This document shows, in pieces, positions 1-12,354 of a stretch of 64,000 nt of DNA. Source of the stretch: the human T2T-CHM13v2.0 reference genome, Homo sapiens; NCBI RefSeq assembly GCF_009914755.1, contig NC_060946.1. One strand, written 5' to 3'. The stretch's first letter is position 1. Every line of letters begins with the position of its first letter. The notes beneath the pieces were generated by a model, which was not told the DNA's origin, searched no databases, and saw only the letters and a program-made list of their open reading frames with translations. Both the position numbers and the translations under genes were made by a program.

Positions 1-553
1 AAATGGTACACATTTAACACAAAAGAAGAAGTGGAGAAATGAACAAAACAGACATAAGGCATGTACAAAACACATAACAAAATGGCAGATAATCCTATTC
101 AAGAGTAATTACATTAAGTGTAAATGTTTAAAGAGCCCAATTAAAAGGCAGAAATTGGCAGAATGAATATAAAAACAAGATCCGGTTATATGTTCTCCCA
201 AGAAATATACCTTAGATTTAAAGACACAAGTATGTTGAAAGTAAAAGAATGGAAAATGATATACCATGCAAACAGTACCCAAAAAGGAGCTGGAGTGGCT
301 ATACTAATATTAGACAAAATAGGCTTTAGCACAAAAAATGTTACTAGAAACAAAGTGGGATGTTTTGTAATAATAAAGGGTATATTCATCAAGAAGATAT
401 AACAATGATAAACATATATGCACTTAGCAACAAAGTCCCAGGATACATGAAGCAAAAAATGACAGATTAAAGAGAGAAATAAAGAATTCAACAATAATAG
501 TCATAGAGTTCAAGAGGTCATTCTCAGAAGTTCAACAAGAAAATAGAAGAGTT

Positions 554-915
<362 letters not shown>

Positions 916-1626
916 CTATAACTAACAGACATCTGTAGAACACTCCACCCACTAGCAGAATATACATTCTTTTCAATTGCACATGAAACATCTTCAGGAT
1001 AGACCATATATTAGGCCATAAAATGAGTCTCAATAAATTTAAAAGGACTGAAATCATACAAATTGTCTTCTCAAATCACAATGGAATAAAATTAGAAATC
1101 AATAGCGGAAGGAAATTTGGGAAATTCACAAATATGTGGAAATTCAACAACACAGTAACCAATGGGTAAAACAAGAAATCGTAAGGGAAATTAGGAAATA
1201 CTTTGAGATTAAAGAAGAATAAGACACAGCCTACCAAAACTTATGGGATGCACTAAAATAGTGCTTAGAGAGAAATTTAAAGCTATAAGCACCTATATTA
1301 GTAAACAAGGAAAATTCAATTTAATAATATAAACTTTCACCTTCAGAAACTAGAAAAGGAAGAGCAAACTAAAAATAATGCAAGTGGAAGGAAGTAAAAA
1401 ATACAGATTACAGTGGAAATAAATTTTAAAAGAGAAAAGAAAATAATAATCAATAAAACCAAAAGTTGACTTTTCAAAAAAGATCAACAAAGTTGACAGC
1501 CTTTTGCTATACTGACTAAGAAAAAAAGTCAGACTCAAATTACTAAAATTAGGAATGAAAAAGAAAACATCACCACCAACATTACAGAAAAATGATTATA
1601 AGGGAATACTATGAACAAATGTATGC

Positions 1627-2108
1627 TGTGGCAGGTGGCATAATGTTCCCCTAAGATGTCTATGTCCTAATCCCTGGAACCTATGAAGATGTTACCTTAA
1701 ATGGCAGATGGGATTTTGAAGATATGATTAAGTTAAGGATCTTGATATGGGAGTCTTAACTTGGATTATCTGGATGAGCTCAAGATAACCACAAGGATTC
1801 TTACAGACGAAAGAGGGAAGCAAGAGGGTTAGAGTCAAAGATTTGAAGATGCTATGCTGCTGGCTTTCAAGATAGAGAAAAGGGTCACAAGCCAAGGAAT
1901 ATAGGTGACTTTTAGAAGCCAGAAAAGGCAAAGGGACAGAGTCTATCCTGGAGCCTCCAAAAGGAATGCAGCCTTGCTAACACCTTGAATTTAGCTCCTT
2001 GAAATCCATTTTGGATATCTGACCTCAAGAACTACATGATATTAAATTTGTTTGGTTCTAAGCCACTAAGTGTGTGGAAATTTATCAGTGCAATAGAAAA
2101 CTAATACA
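1627..2108 (+). mobile_element. MaLR solo LTR (MLT1D-like) inserted in L1 ORF2
   Basis: TGTGGCAGG...AAACTAATACA termini; 5-bp TSD tatgc/catgc; L1 sequence resumes in register. Confidence 0.85.
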
Positions 2109-3254
2109 CATGCCAACAAGTTAGATAAACTAAATAAAACAGACAAATTTCTAGAAAGTTAGAAACTTCTGAAACTGACTCAAGAAGAAATAGAAGATCT
2201 GAATAGAACTACAAGTAAAGAGATTGAATTAGTAAAAAACAAAACAAAACAAACAAAACTTCCCATAAGCAAAGCCTAGGGTGAGATGGTGTCACTAGTG
2301 AATTCTACCAAATGCTTAAACAGTATTTAACACCAATACTTTACAGACTCTTCCAAACAGTAAAAAAGAAGAGAACATTTCCCAACTCATTCCATGAATA
2401 CCCACAAAACAATGCCAGACAAAAGCACACACAAAAGAAAGCTATAAGCCAATATCTTTTAAGAATTTAAATACAAAAATCTTCAACAAAATACTAGCAA
2501 ACAAAACCCAGCAACATATACAAAGGATTCTGTACTATGAGTCAGTAGCATTTATGTCAGGAGTGCAAAGTTGGTCCAACAATCAATCAATCAAGTCAAT
2601 CACATTAATAAAATGATGGGCAAAAAAACACATGAGCATATTAATAAATGCAGAAAAAGCATCTAACAAAAATCCATCAATCTTTCATGATAAACACTCA
2701 ACAAACTAGGGCTGTAAGGGAATTTCTCAACCTGATAAAAGGCATCCATAAAAACCCCCACAGCTAACATCATAATGGTGGAAGACTGAAAGCTTTCCCC
2801 CTGTGATCAAGAACAAGACAAAGATGTTCACTCTTACTACCTCTATTCGGCATTGTAATAGAGGTTCTAAACAGGGCAATTAGATAAGAAAAACCACCCA
2901 GATTATAAAGAAGCAAAACTATTTCTATTTGAAAATGATGTGATTTTGTATAAAGAAAATGCTAAGAAATCCAAAACAAAAGAAAACAATTACTAATAAA
3001 CTAGTTCAGCAAGGTTGCAGGATACAAGATCAATATACAGAAATCCATTGTATTTCTATACAGTAGCAATAAGCAATGTAAAAATAAAAGTAAGAAGATA
3101 ATTCGATTATAATAGCATGAAAAAAAGTAAAATACTTGGGATAAATTTAACCCAAAAAGTGAGAGACTTGTACAAAACATTGTTGAAAGAAATTAAGGAA
3201 GACCCAAGTAAATGGGAAGACATCCTGTGTTTGTGGATTAGAAGATGTACAGTT

Positions 3255-3565
3255 GGCCAGGCATGGTGGCTCCTGACTGCAATCCCAGCATTCTGGGAGG
3301 CCAAGGTGGGCGGATCACTTCAGGTGATCCTGAAGTGGTCAGGTCAGGAGTTCAAGACCTGCCTGACCAACGTGGCAAAACCCCATCTCGACTAAAAATA
3401 CAAAAATTAGCCAGGCATGTTGGTGGGCGCCTGTAGTCCCAGCTGCATGGCAGACTAAGGCAGAAAATCGCTTGAAATCAAGAGGCAGAGGTTGCAGTGA
3501 GCTGAAATTGTACCACTGCACTCCAGCCTAGGCAACAGAGTGAGACTGTGTCTCAAAAAAAAGAA
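3255..3565 (+). mobile_element. AluS inserted at the left terminus of Tigger2a; carries a 19-bp foldback insertion
   Basis: Alu dimer; TSD agaagatgtacagt/agaacatgtacagt. Confidence 0.9.
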
Positions 3566-3577
3566 GAAGAACATGTA

Positions 3578-3999
3578 CAGTAGACCTTTGAATGATGGTG
3601 GCAATTCAGGGCACAGGTGAAAATCCGCATATAATTTTTGACTCCCTAGAAACTTAACTATGACTAGCCTACTGTTTCCTGAAAGCCTTACCAATAACAT
3701 AAACCATCAATTAACACATATTTTGTATGTTGTGTGTATTGTATACTGTATGTTACAGTAAAGTAAGCTAGAGAAAAGAAAATGTTACTAAGAAAATCAC
3801 AAGGAAGATAACATATGCTTCCTATTCATTAAGTGAAAGTGGATCATCATAAAGATCTTCATCCTTGCTGCCTTCACATCCAAGGAGGAGAAGGAAGGGT
3901 GGGGTTAGCCTTGCTGCCTCAGGGGTGGCAGAGGCAGAAGAAAATGTGTTCATATGTGGACCTGTGTCATTCAAACCTGGGTTGTTCAAGGACCAACTG
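3578..3999. mobile_element. Tigger2a (MER28-like) non-autonomous DNA transposon
   Basis: Terminal inverted repeats CAGTAGACCTTTGAA...TTCAAGGACCAACTG flanked by TA; internal aaagtaagctagagaaaagaaaatgtta and gtggatcatcataaag. Confidence 0.85.
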
Positions 4000-4235
4000 T
4001 AATAATGCAATACTCCCCAAATTGATCTACAAATTCAGTGCCACCTGACTTCTTTGCAGAAATGGGCAAGCTGATCTTAAACTCATATGGAAATGTAAGG
4101 GGTCCAGAATAACAAAAACAATCTTGAAAAACAAAATAAGAGCAATGTTGAGGACTCACACTTGCTGATCCCAAAACTTGCTACAAAGCTATAGTGAGGG
4201 AGACGATGTGACACTGGCATAAAAATAGACATATA

Positions 4236-4721
<486 letters not shown>

Positions 4722-5277
4722 CTAGAAATAGACCCTCATATTTATGGCTAACTGAGTTTTGATAAGGATGCCAAAAAGACTTAATGGGGGAAAGAGTATT
4801 CTTTTCAACAATTGTGCTGAGACAACTGGATATATCCACATGCAAAAGAATGAAGTTAGGCTCCACCTCATACCATATACAAAAATTAGCTCAGAATTGA
4901 TCAAAGACTAACTAAGTATAAGAACTAAAACTATAAAAGTCTTAAAAGAAAATAGAGGTATGAATCTTCACGACCTTGGATTTGGCAATGGTTTCTAAGA
5001 TACGACACCAAAAGCATAAGCAACCAAAAAAATAGATAAATGATAAATTATTAAATAAATTATTTAAAAATAAAAGTATTCATTAAATCAATAAATGTAA
5101 ATACTTTTATGCTTCAAAGGACTCTATAAAGAAGTGAAAAAGACAACACAAAGAATGGGAGAAAATCTTTGCAAATCATACATATGTAAGTCCCTGATGG
5201 AACTTGTATCTAGAATATAAAAATAACTTTTGCAACTCAATAATAAAAAGACAACACAATTTAAAAATGTACAAAGG

Positions 5278-5582
5278 AGCTGAGTGTGGTGGCTCAGGTC
5301 TGTAATCCCAGCACTTTGCGAGGCTGAGGTGGGAGTATCACTTGAGCCCAGGAGTTCAGGACCAGCCTGGGTGGCATTGTGAAATCCTATCTCTACTAAA
5401 AATATATACACACACACACACAAAATAGCTGGGTGTGATGGCACACACCTGTAGTCCCAGCTACTCAGGAGGCTGAGGTGAGAGAATCACCCGAGCCTGG
5501 GAAGTAGGGGCTGCAGTGAGCCGTGATGACATCCACACCCCAGCCTGGGTGATGGGAGTGAGATCCTGTTTTAAAAAAAAAA
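5278..5582 (+). mobile_element. AluJ
   Basis: Diverged Alu dimer with gagcccaggagttc and a (CA)n-containing linker. Confidence 0.85.
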
Positions 5583-5921
5583 TGCACAAAGGACTTGAAT
5601 AGGCATTTCTCCAAAGATATGCAAATGGCCAATAAGCACATGAAAAGATGCTCAATGTCATCAGCCATCCGGGAAATGCAAATCAAAGCCACAATGAGAT
5701 ACCCCCTAGGATGATGGCTATAATCAAAAAGATATTACAATAATAAGTACTGGCAAGGATATGAAAAAACTGGAACCCTCATGCACTGCTGATGAGAATA
5801 TAAAATGATGCAGCTGCTGTGGAAAACAGTTTGGCAGTTCCTCGAAAAGTTCAACATTGAGTTATCACAAGACCCAGCAATTCCACTCCTGGGCATATAC
5901 TTAAAAGAATTAAAAATGCGT

Positions 5922-6060
5922 GTGGGACACAGTGGTTAACACCTGTGATCTCAGTGCTTTGAGAGGCAGGAGGTTCACTTGAGCCCACGAGTTGGAGGCT
6001 GCAGTGAGCTACGATCGTGCCACTGCACTCCAACACAGGTGGCAGAGCAATATCCTGTTT
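5922..6060 (+). mobile_element. Alu monomer (FLAM/AluJ fragment)
   Basis: Single-arm Alu-like sequence. Confidence 0.7.
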
Positions 6061-6180
6061 CCACATATATGTTTATAAACATATATACATAATAGTCAAA
6101 AGATGGCCATCAACTGATGAGTGGATTAAAAAAACGTAAAAGATCCATACACTGGAATATTATTTAGTCATAAAAAGGAA

Positions 6181-6732
6181 AGGCCCAGGCGCTACCTAAA
6201 ATATACCAAGCCCCAGGTTTACATAGGGCCCCAGGTCACACTAGGCTCTAGGTAGACACTGGACTCTAAGTAGACTTTAGGCCCCAGGTTCACAGCCACA
6301 CCTCAGGAGGATACCACACCCCAGGTAGCTGTAAGACTCAATCCAGACACCAGTCCCCCGGTGGAGAATCTACGCCCCAGCTGGACATCAGGTTCCAGGT
6401 AAACACCAAGGCCCAGTTGGGTTTACTGGATCCATTGGTGGACATCAGGCACCAGGTTGGCACAGAGCCCCCACATAGATATCTACACCACAGGTGGACA
6501 TGAGGCCCCAGGTACATACCCAGTCCGCAGGTGACTATCGGGCCCTAGGTGAACACTAGGTCTTAGATGAACTTCAGGACCCAAGTGGATACCCAGGCCC
6601 CTGGGGAACATCAGGCTCCAGGTGGACACCAGGACCCATGTGGGCAACCAGGTCCAGAGGTACATCAGGTTCCACATAAACACCCAACCTCCAAGTGGAT
6701 ACTGAGCCCCCAGGTGTACACACCAGTCCCTC
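6181..6732 (+). repeat. Diverged 18/19-bp GC-rich tandem repeat, block 1 (consensus GGACAC(C)CAGGCCCCAGGT)
   Basis: Periodic ccaggtggacaccaggcc variants. Confidence 0.93.
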
Positions 6733-7289
6733 GACAACTGAAAGGTCACATACTCTCAGGCCAAATGCAATAGAGTCATCTCTCCCAAAAATATGTATTT
6801 GGGAAAGCGAAAACTACACTTCTCAATCATTCTCAAGTCAAGGGACTCTTAATAGAAGGCCAAATACACACTGAAAGAACCAACCATGAAATTCCCACAT
6901 CCAACAGGAGTGCAATGCTGCTCAACTAGTCCCAGAGCAAGACCCACCACAGGCTTTGCATGGAGGACACACAGATTAGAAGGGAAGAATGGAAATGTGG
7001 GACCTGAGATTGCAATACAAGAAAAGAGAAAAAGGCAACCGTGCATACCAAGAAACCCAAGAAAGAAAGGGTGACGTGGAGAAATAACTAACCCAGGCCC
7101 AGTTTTCCAAGAAACATTAGAACCCGCACTGCGAATGAAGTGGCAGGCCGAATCGAGCCCTGTCTAGATTTTCAAGTGTGGGTCTCTCCTAGATGACTTA
7201 AAAGCCTACAAATTGCTGAGGTCACCCTGACTATGTCCGACCCACCTTGCAGAAATTCACCACTGGGAAAAGACACCCAAACCAATGCA

Positions 7290-7745
7290 GTTCCGGAGCT
7301 TACCTTGGAGAAGCTTCCTGCAGTCCCTGGGTGCCACTGGCTGGCTCTGCGGCTTTCTTGGAGGGCCCGCGGCCTCAGCCCGGCTCCCTCCCTCAGCTCT
7401 GGTGCGTGGCCGCAGATGACCCGAGCGGCCTGGGCTTGGGCTTCTGGTGCCCTCGAGGAGCCGCCCTGTGTGCTCACACAGGCTCCTGGCGGCGGGCAGC
7501 ACAGCACTCTCACTTTTGGTCACCGGTCCTTTCCCGAGGGCAGTCTGGCGGGGCACGGCTCCAGGGCCCCGAGTCCAGCACCTCCCTGAAATCTTCACGC
7601 CACAGGCAAAGCAGTAGGGCAACTTACCCAGGCTCTGCCTGAGCCAAGATGGCGCCTTCCTCACAGCCTGTGCAGGAGGGCGAGGTCCCAGATGATGAGG
7701 CGCGGGACAAGGGCAACTCGCCACCCATTCTTCCCAGAAAGAGGG
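7290..7745 (-). promoter_or_regulatory. Promoter/first-exon-like CpG-rich island embedded in the satellite
   Basis: Locally CpG-rich; YY1-type CAAGATGGCGCC at 7645-7656; minus-strand donors TGG|GTAAGT (7628/7627) and AAG|GTAAGC (7304/7303). Confidence 0.4.
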
Positions 7746-7749
7746 CAGG

Positions 7750-8414
7750 TGCATGGGGGCACACCCCCTACAGGTGGACATAAGGCCCCAGTGGACACCG
7801 AGGCCACGGGAAAACATCAGGCCACAAATAGACACTGGACATCAGACACCAGGTTGACACCAGGACCTGGGTGGACACCAGGTCTCAAGGGGCCTCCAGT
7901 CCCTGCACAGACATCAGGCCCCAAATGGACAAATCAGGTCACAGTTTGGCACATAGGCAGGCCCCAGGTGGACACCAGGCCACAGGTACATAACAGGCCC
8001 CAGGCCAAAACCAGGTCCCAGAAGGACATCAGACATCTTAGTGTATGTCAGGTCCCAGGTTGACATATAGGCCCCAGTGGAACACCAGGCCCCACTTGCC
8101 AGTTTCCAAGTGGATATCCAGACCCCAGGTAAATATCAGCGTCAAGGTGAACAGGAGGCCCCAGGTGGACAACAGGCCTCAGCTAGATGCCTAGGCCCCT
8201 GGTGAACTCCAGCCCCCTGATGAACATTAGGCCCCAGGTGGACACCCTGGCCCCACGGGAACATCTAGTTCCAGGTGGACATCAGACCCAAGGTAAATAC
8301 CCATCCCCAGGTAAACGCCAGACCCCAGGCAGATTACAGGTCCCAGAAAAACACCCAGGTCCCATGAAGAAATCAGACCCTAGGTGAACTCTGGTCTGCA
8401 GGGGGACATGAGGC
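7750..8414 (+). repeat. 18/19-bp satellite, block 2 (forward)
   Basis: ccccaggtggacaccaggcc periodicity. Confidence 0.93.
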
Positions 8415-9245
8415 TGGGTATCCACCTGGGACCTGGTGTTCATGGGGTGGGGGCCGATGTCCACCTTGGGCCTGTTGTTCATCTGTGGCCTGGTATTCAC
8501 CTGGGCCCTGAGAGTCAACCTGGTGCCTGATAGCCACCTGGGGCCTACATAGCCACCTGGGGGCCTGGTGGTCACTTGAAGCCTGGTGTCCTCCTGGGGC
8601 CTGTTACCAACATGCGGTGTAGGTATCCACCAGGGGCCTGATGTCCACCTGAGGTCTGGGGTTCACCTGGAGCCTTGGTGTCACCCTGGGGACTAATGTC
8701 CACCTGGAGCGTGGTATCCATCTAAAGCCTGTGGTCTGCCTGGGGCATTATTATGTCCCTTGAAGACTAAGTATCCAACTAGGGCCTGATTTTCACATGA
8801 GGCCTGGGTATCTGCCCGAAGCCTTGGTATCCTCCTTGGGCCTGAAGTCCATCTGTGACATTCTGTCCAGCTAGGGCCTGGGTGTGAACCTGGTGCCTGA
8901 TGTACGCCTCAAGTCCAGCGTGCACCCACCTGGGACGTGATGGCCACCTGAGGCCATATATCCACATGGAGCCAGGGTGTCCACTTGGGGCCTAATGTTC
9001 ACCAGGAACATAAGTATCCACCTGGGGCCTCATGTCTTCCTGGGGCCTGGGTGTCAATGTGGGGCGTGGGCATCCACCTGGGGGCTGATGTCCACTTGGA
9101 GCCTGGTGTCTACCTGGAACCAATTTTTCAACTGGGAACCTGATGTCCACCTGGTGCCTGATGTCCATTTGGAAACTGGAGTCCACCTGGGAACTGGCAT
9201 ACACCTAAGACATAGTGTTGAGCCGGTGTTTGATGTCCAATGTTC
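8415..9245 (-). repeat. 18/19-bp satellite, inverted block
   Basis: Units read as the reverse complement: gtccacctggggcctggt. Confidence 0.93.
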
Positions 9246-11073
9246 ACCAGGCTCCAGGTGGACACCGGGCCTCAGGTTGACACCCAGACTCCAGGTGGAC
9301 ACCAGGCCCCAGATGAATGCCAGGTCCCCGGTGAACATCCAGGCCCCAAGTGGAAACCAAAACCTCAGATGTCTAGGCATTAGACCCCATGTGGACATCC
9401 AGGCCCCAGGAAGTCATCAGGCCCCAGTGGACACTCAGGCCCCAGGTGGACATGGAGTCCCAGGTTGACACCCAGGCCTCCAGTGAACAGCAGGCCAAGG
9501 AGAATTCCAGGCCCAGCAGGCCCCAGGTGGACAGCAGGATCCAGGTGGACACAAGGCCCCCAGATGGATACATAAGACCCTGGTGAACATCAGGCTCCAC
9601 ATGGACACCCAGGCCCTAGAAGAACACCAGGCCTCGCGAGGATACGAAAATTCAAATAAACACTAGGCCCCAGGCTGAAATCAGTTCCAAGGAGGACACT
9701 AGACCTCAAGTGACAACCTGGCCCCAGGTGGCTATGTGGGCCCCAGCTGGACGGCAGGTACCAGAATTGACATCCAGGGCCCAGGTAAACACCAGGCCCC
9801 AGAAGGATAACAGGCACAAGGTAGACATAGGCCCCAGGTGCACACCAGATCCCACGTGGATATCTAGGACCCAGGTGAACAACAGGCCCAAGGTGAGAAT
9901 CCGGTCTCCAGGAGGGCACCAAGGCCCAGGCAGACACCAGGTCCTAAGAGGACACCAGGATACAAATGGACACCAGGCCTCGGGTGGACACCAGGCTCCA
10001 AGTGGACATCAGCCCCCAGGTGGGTATCTGGCCCCAGGTGAACACCCAGTCTCAAGGTAGACACCAGGCCTTAGGTAGACAGTAGCCACTGGGTGAACAC
10101 TGTGCCCCAGGTGGACACCAGGTCTCAAGTAGACACCCAGTCCCCAGGTGGGCACCAGAGACCAGGCAGCCTGATGAGTCCCCAGGTGGGCACCAGAGAC
10201 CGGGCAGCCTGATGAGGCTCCAGGTGGACACCAGAGACCAGGAAGCCTGATGAGGCTCCAGGTGGACACCAGGCTGCAGGTGGTACCAGGCTCCCAGCTG
10301 ATACCCAGGCCCCAGGGGAACACCCAGGCCCCAGGTAGACAGCAGGAAGCCAGTGCACCCTAGGCACCCAGGTAGATACTAGGCCCCTGGTGAACATCGG
10401 GCCTCAGCTGGACACCCAGGCCCCAGGGAAACACCCAGGCCCCATATGTCAGGTTGTTAGGTCCCATATGGACAATCAGGCCCCAAGAAGTCATCAGGCC
10501 CTGGTAGACACTGAGACCCCAGGTGACTATCCAGTCCCAGGCTGACACACAGGCCTCAGGTGGACACCGGGCCCTAGGAGAACTCCAGGCCCCAGCTGAA
10601 GATCAATGCCCCGGGTGGACACCCAGGCCCTAGCTAACGACCAGTCCCCAGGATTCCATCAGGCCCCAGGTGGATACTAAACTCTCGGTGGACATCAGCA
10701 AATGCCCAGGTCCCAGGTCAAAACCAGGCCCCTGATGGACCCCCTGACCCCAGGTAAACATGAGGTTTCAGGTGGACACGTGACTCTAACTGGATATCAG
10801 GCCCCGGGTGGACACCCAACCCCATACGGATACCTAAACCCCCGATGAACATCAAGTCTCGGGTGCACCTCTAGGTCCCAAGTAAACACCTAGGCCTCAG
10901 AAGTCCAGACATCGGGCCCCATGTGGAAATCCGGGTCCCAGGAACTCCTCAGGCACCAGGAAACACTCAGGCCTCGGTTGGATATCTGGCCCCAAGTTGA
11001 CACCCAGGCCTCAGGTGGACACCAGGCGCTAAGAAAACGTCAGGCCCCAGCTGAGATCAACCCCTGGGTGGTC
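9246..11073 (+). repeat. 18/19-bp satellite, block 4 (forward), with higher-order repeats and a 38-bp sub-VNTR
   Basis: Periodic units; 38-bp unit starts at 10142, 10180, 10218 and 10256. Confidence 0.93.
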
Positions 11074-11387
11074 AGTACTGGCGCATGCTAAAACATGTAT
11101 GAGCCTTAAAAACATCATGCTAAGTGAAAGAAGCCAGGCACAAAAAGCCACATAGTTTGTCATTCCATTTACATGAATGTCTAGAATAGGCAGATCCACA
11201 AGAGACAGAAAGTGGGTTAGTGGTTGCCAGAAGCTGGAGACAGGGGAGAACGGCGAGTGACTGCTAATGGGTACGGAACATTATTGGGAGGTGATGAAAA
11301 TATTCTGGAATTACATAGTTTATGATGTGGCATAACATTTAAAATATGCTAACAACGACTGAATTGTACGCTTTAAAAAGGTGAGTC

Positions 11388-11679
11388 TTTTTCTTTTTTT
11401 GAGATGGATTCTCACTCTGTCGCCCAGGCTAGAGGGCAGTGGCCCGATCTCGGCTCACTGCAACCTCTGCCTCCTGGGTTCAAGCAATTCGCTGCCTCAG
11501 CCTCTCGAGCAGCTGGGATTATAGGCGCCCGCAGCCACACCTGGCTAAGTTTTGTGTTTTTAGTAGAGACAGGGTTTCACCATGTTGCCCAGGCTGGTCT
11601 CAATCTCTTGACCTCATGATCCACCCGCCTCGGCCTCCCAAAATGCTGGGATTACCAGCGTGAGCCACCGTGCATGGCC
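11388..11679 (-). mobile_element. AluS (Sc-like)
   Basis: Antisense Alu; TSD aaaaaggtgagtc/aaaaaggtaaatc. Confidence 0.9.
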
Positions 11680-11718
11680 AAAAAGGTAAATCTCATAGCA
11701 TGTAAATTACATGTCATT

Positions 11719-11720
<2 letters not shown>

Positions 11721-11749
<29 letters not shown>
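11721..11749. repeat. (AC)n microsatellite
   Basis: About 14 AC units. Confidence 0.95.
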
Positions 11750-11751
<2 letters not shown>

Positions 11752-11752
11752 A

Positions 11753-12070
11753 GGTGGGTGTGGTGGCTCAGGCCTGTAATCCCAGTACTTTCGGAGGCCA
11801 AGGCGAGAGGATAGCTTGAGCCCAGGAGTTTGTGACAAGCCTGATCAACAGAGCAAGACCCTATCTCTACAAAATAAAAATTAAAAAAAAAATTAGCTGG
11901 GTATGGTGGCATGCACCTGTAGTCCTGGCTGCTTGGTAAGGCTGAGGCAGGAGGATCGCTTGAACCCAAAATCTGAGGCTGTAGTGAGCTATTATTACAC
12001 CACTACACTCCAGCTTAGGTGACAGAGGAAGACTCCATCTCTTAAAAAACAAAAAAACAAAAAAAAAAAA
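11753..12070 (+). mobile_element. AluJ
   Basis: Diverged dimer with A-rich tail. Confidence 0.85.
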
Positions 12071-12354
12071 CTAATAAAATAAAAACATGAAATCCAAACC
12101 AAAAAGAGATGAGAGGGGAGGTAGGCAGAGAGAGACAGAGGGAGAGAGAGACCAGGAGAGAGCCAGGGAGAGAGGAAGGGAGAGAGGCTTGGACTGAGTG
12201 TCTGAGTCTCCATACAGACAGTCAGATCACTGGTATGTTGTGGGGGTGCAGTTGGGGAAATGAGGAAACTCCAGGCATCAGGGGGCCCCATTTGAGATGT
12301 ACCATCCAGAGTGTGAGAATTCTAATGAGTAGGCAGGGGCCATAAGGACCATTT

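Noticed and set aside
163-402. L1 endonuclease-like ORF as a functional CDS
   Set aside because: Short open remnant of a decayed L1M ORF2 surrounded by stops
6483-10548. Many overlapping ORFs with VDTRPQ / GHQAPG / GVHLGP hexapeptide repeats
   Set aside because: Translations of the 18-bp satellite; 19-bp monomers break the frame and no long ORF is maintained
6181-11073. CRISPR-like or SVA VNTR interpretation
   Set aside because: No unique spacers and no cas genes in this primate DNA; no CCCTCT hexamer, Alu-like part, SINE-R, poly(A) or TSD
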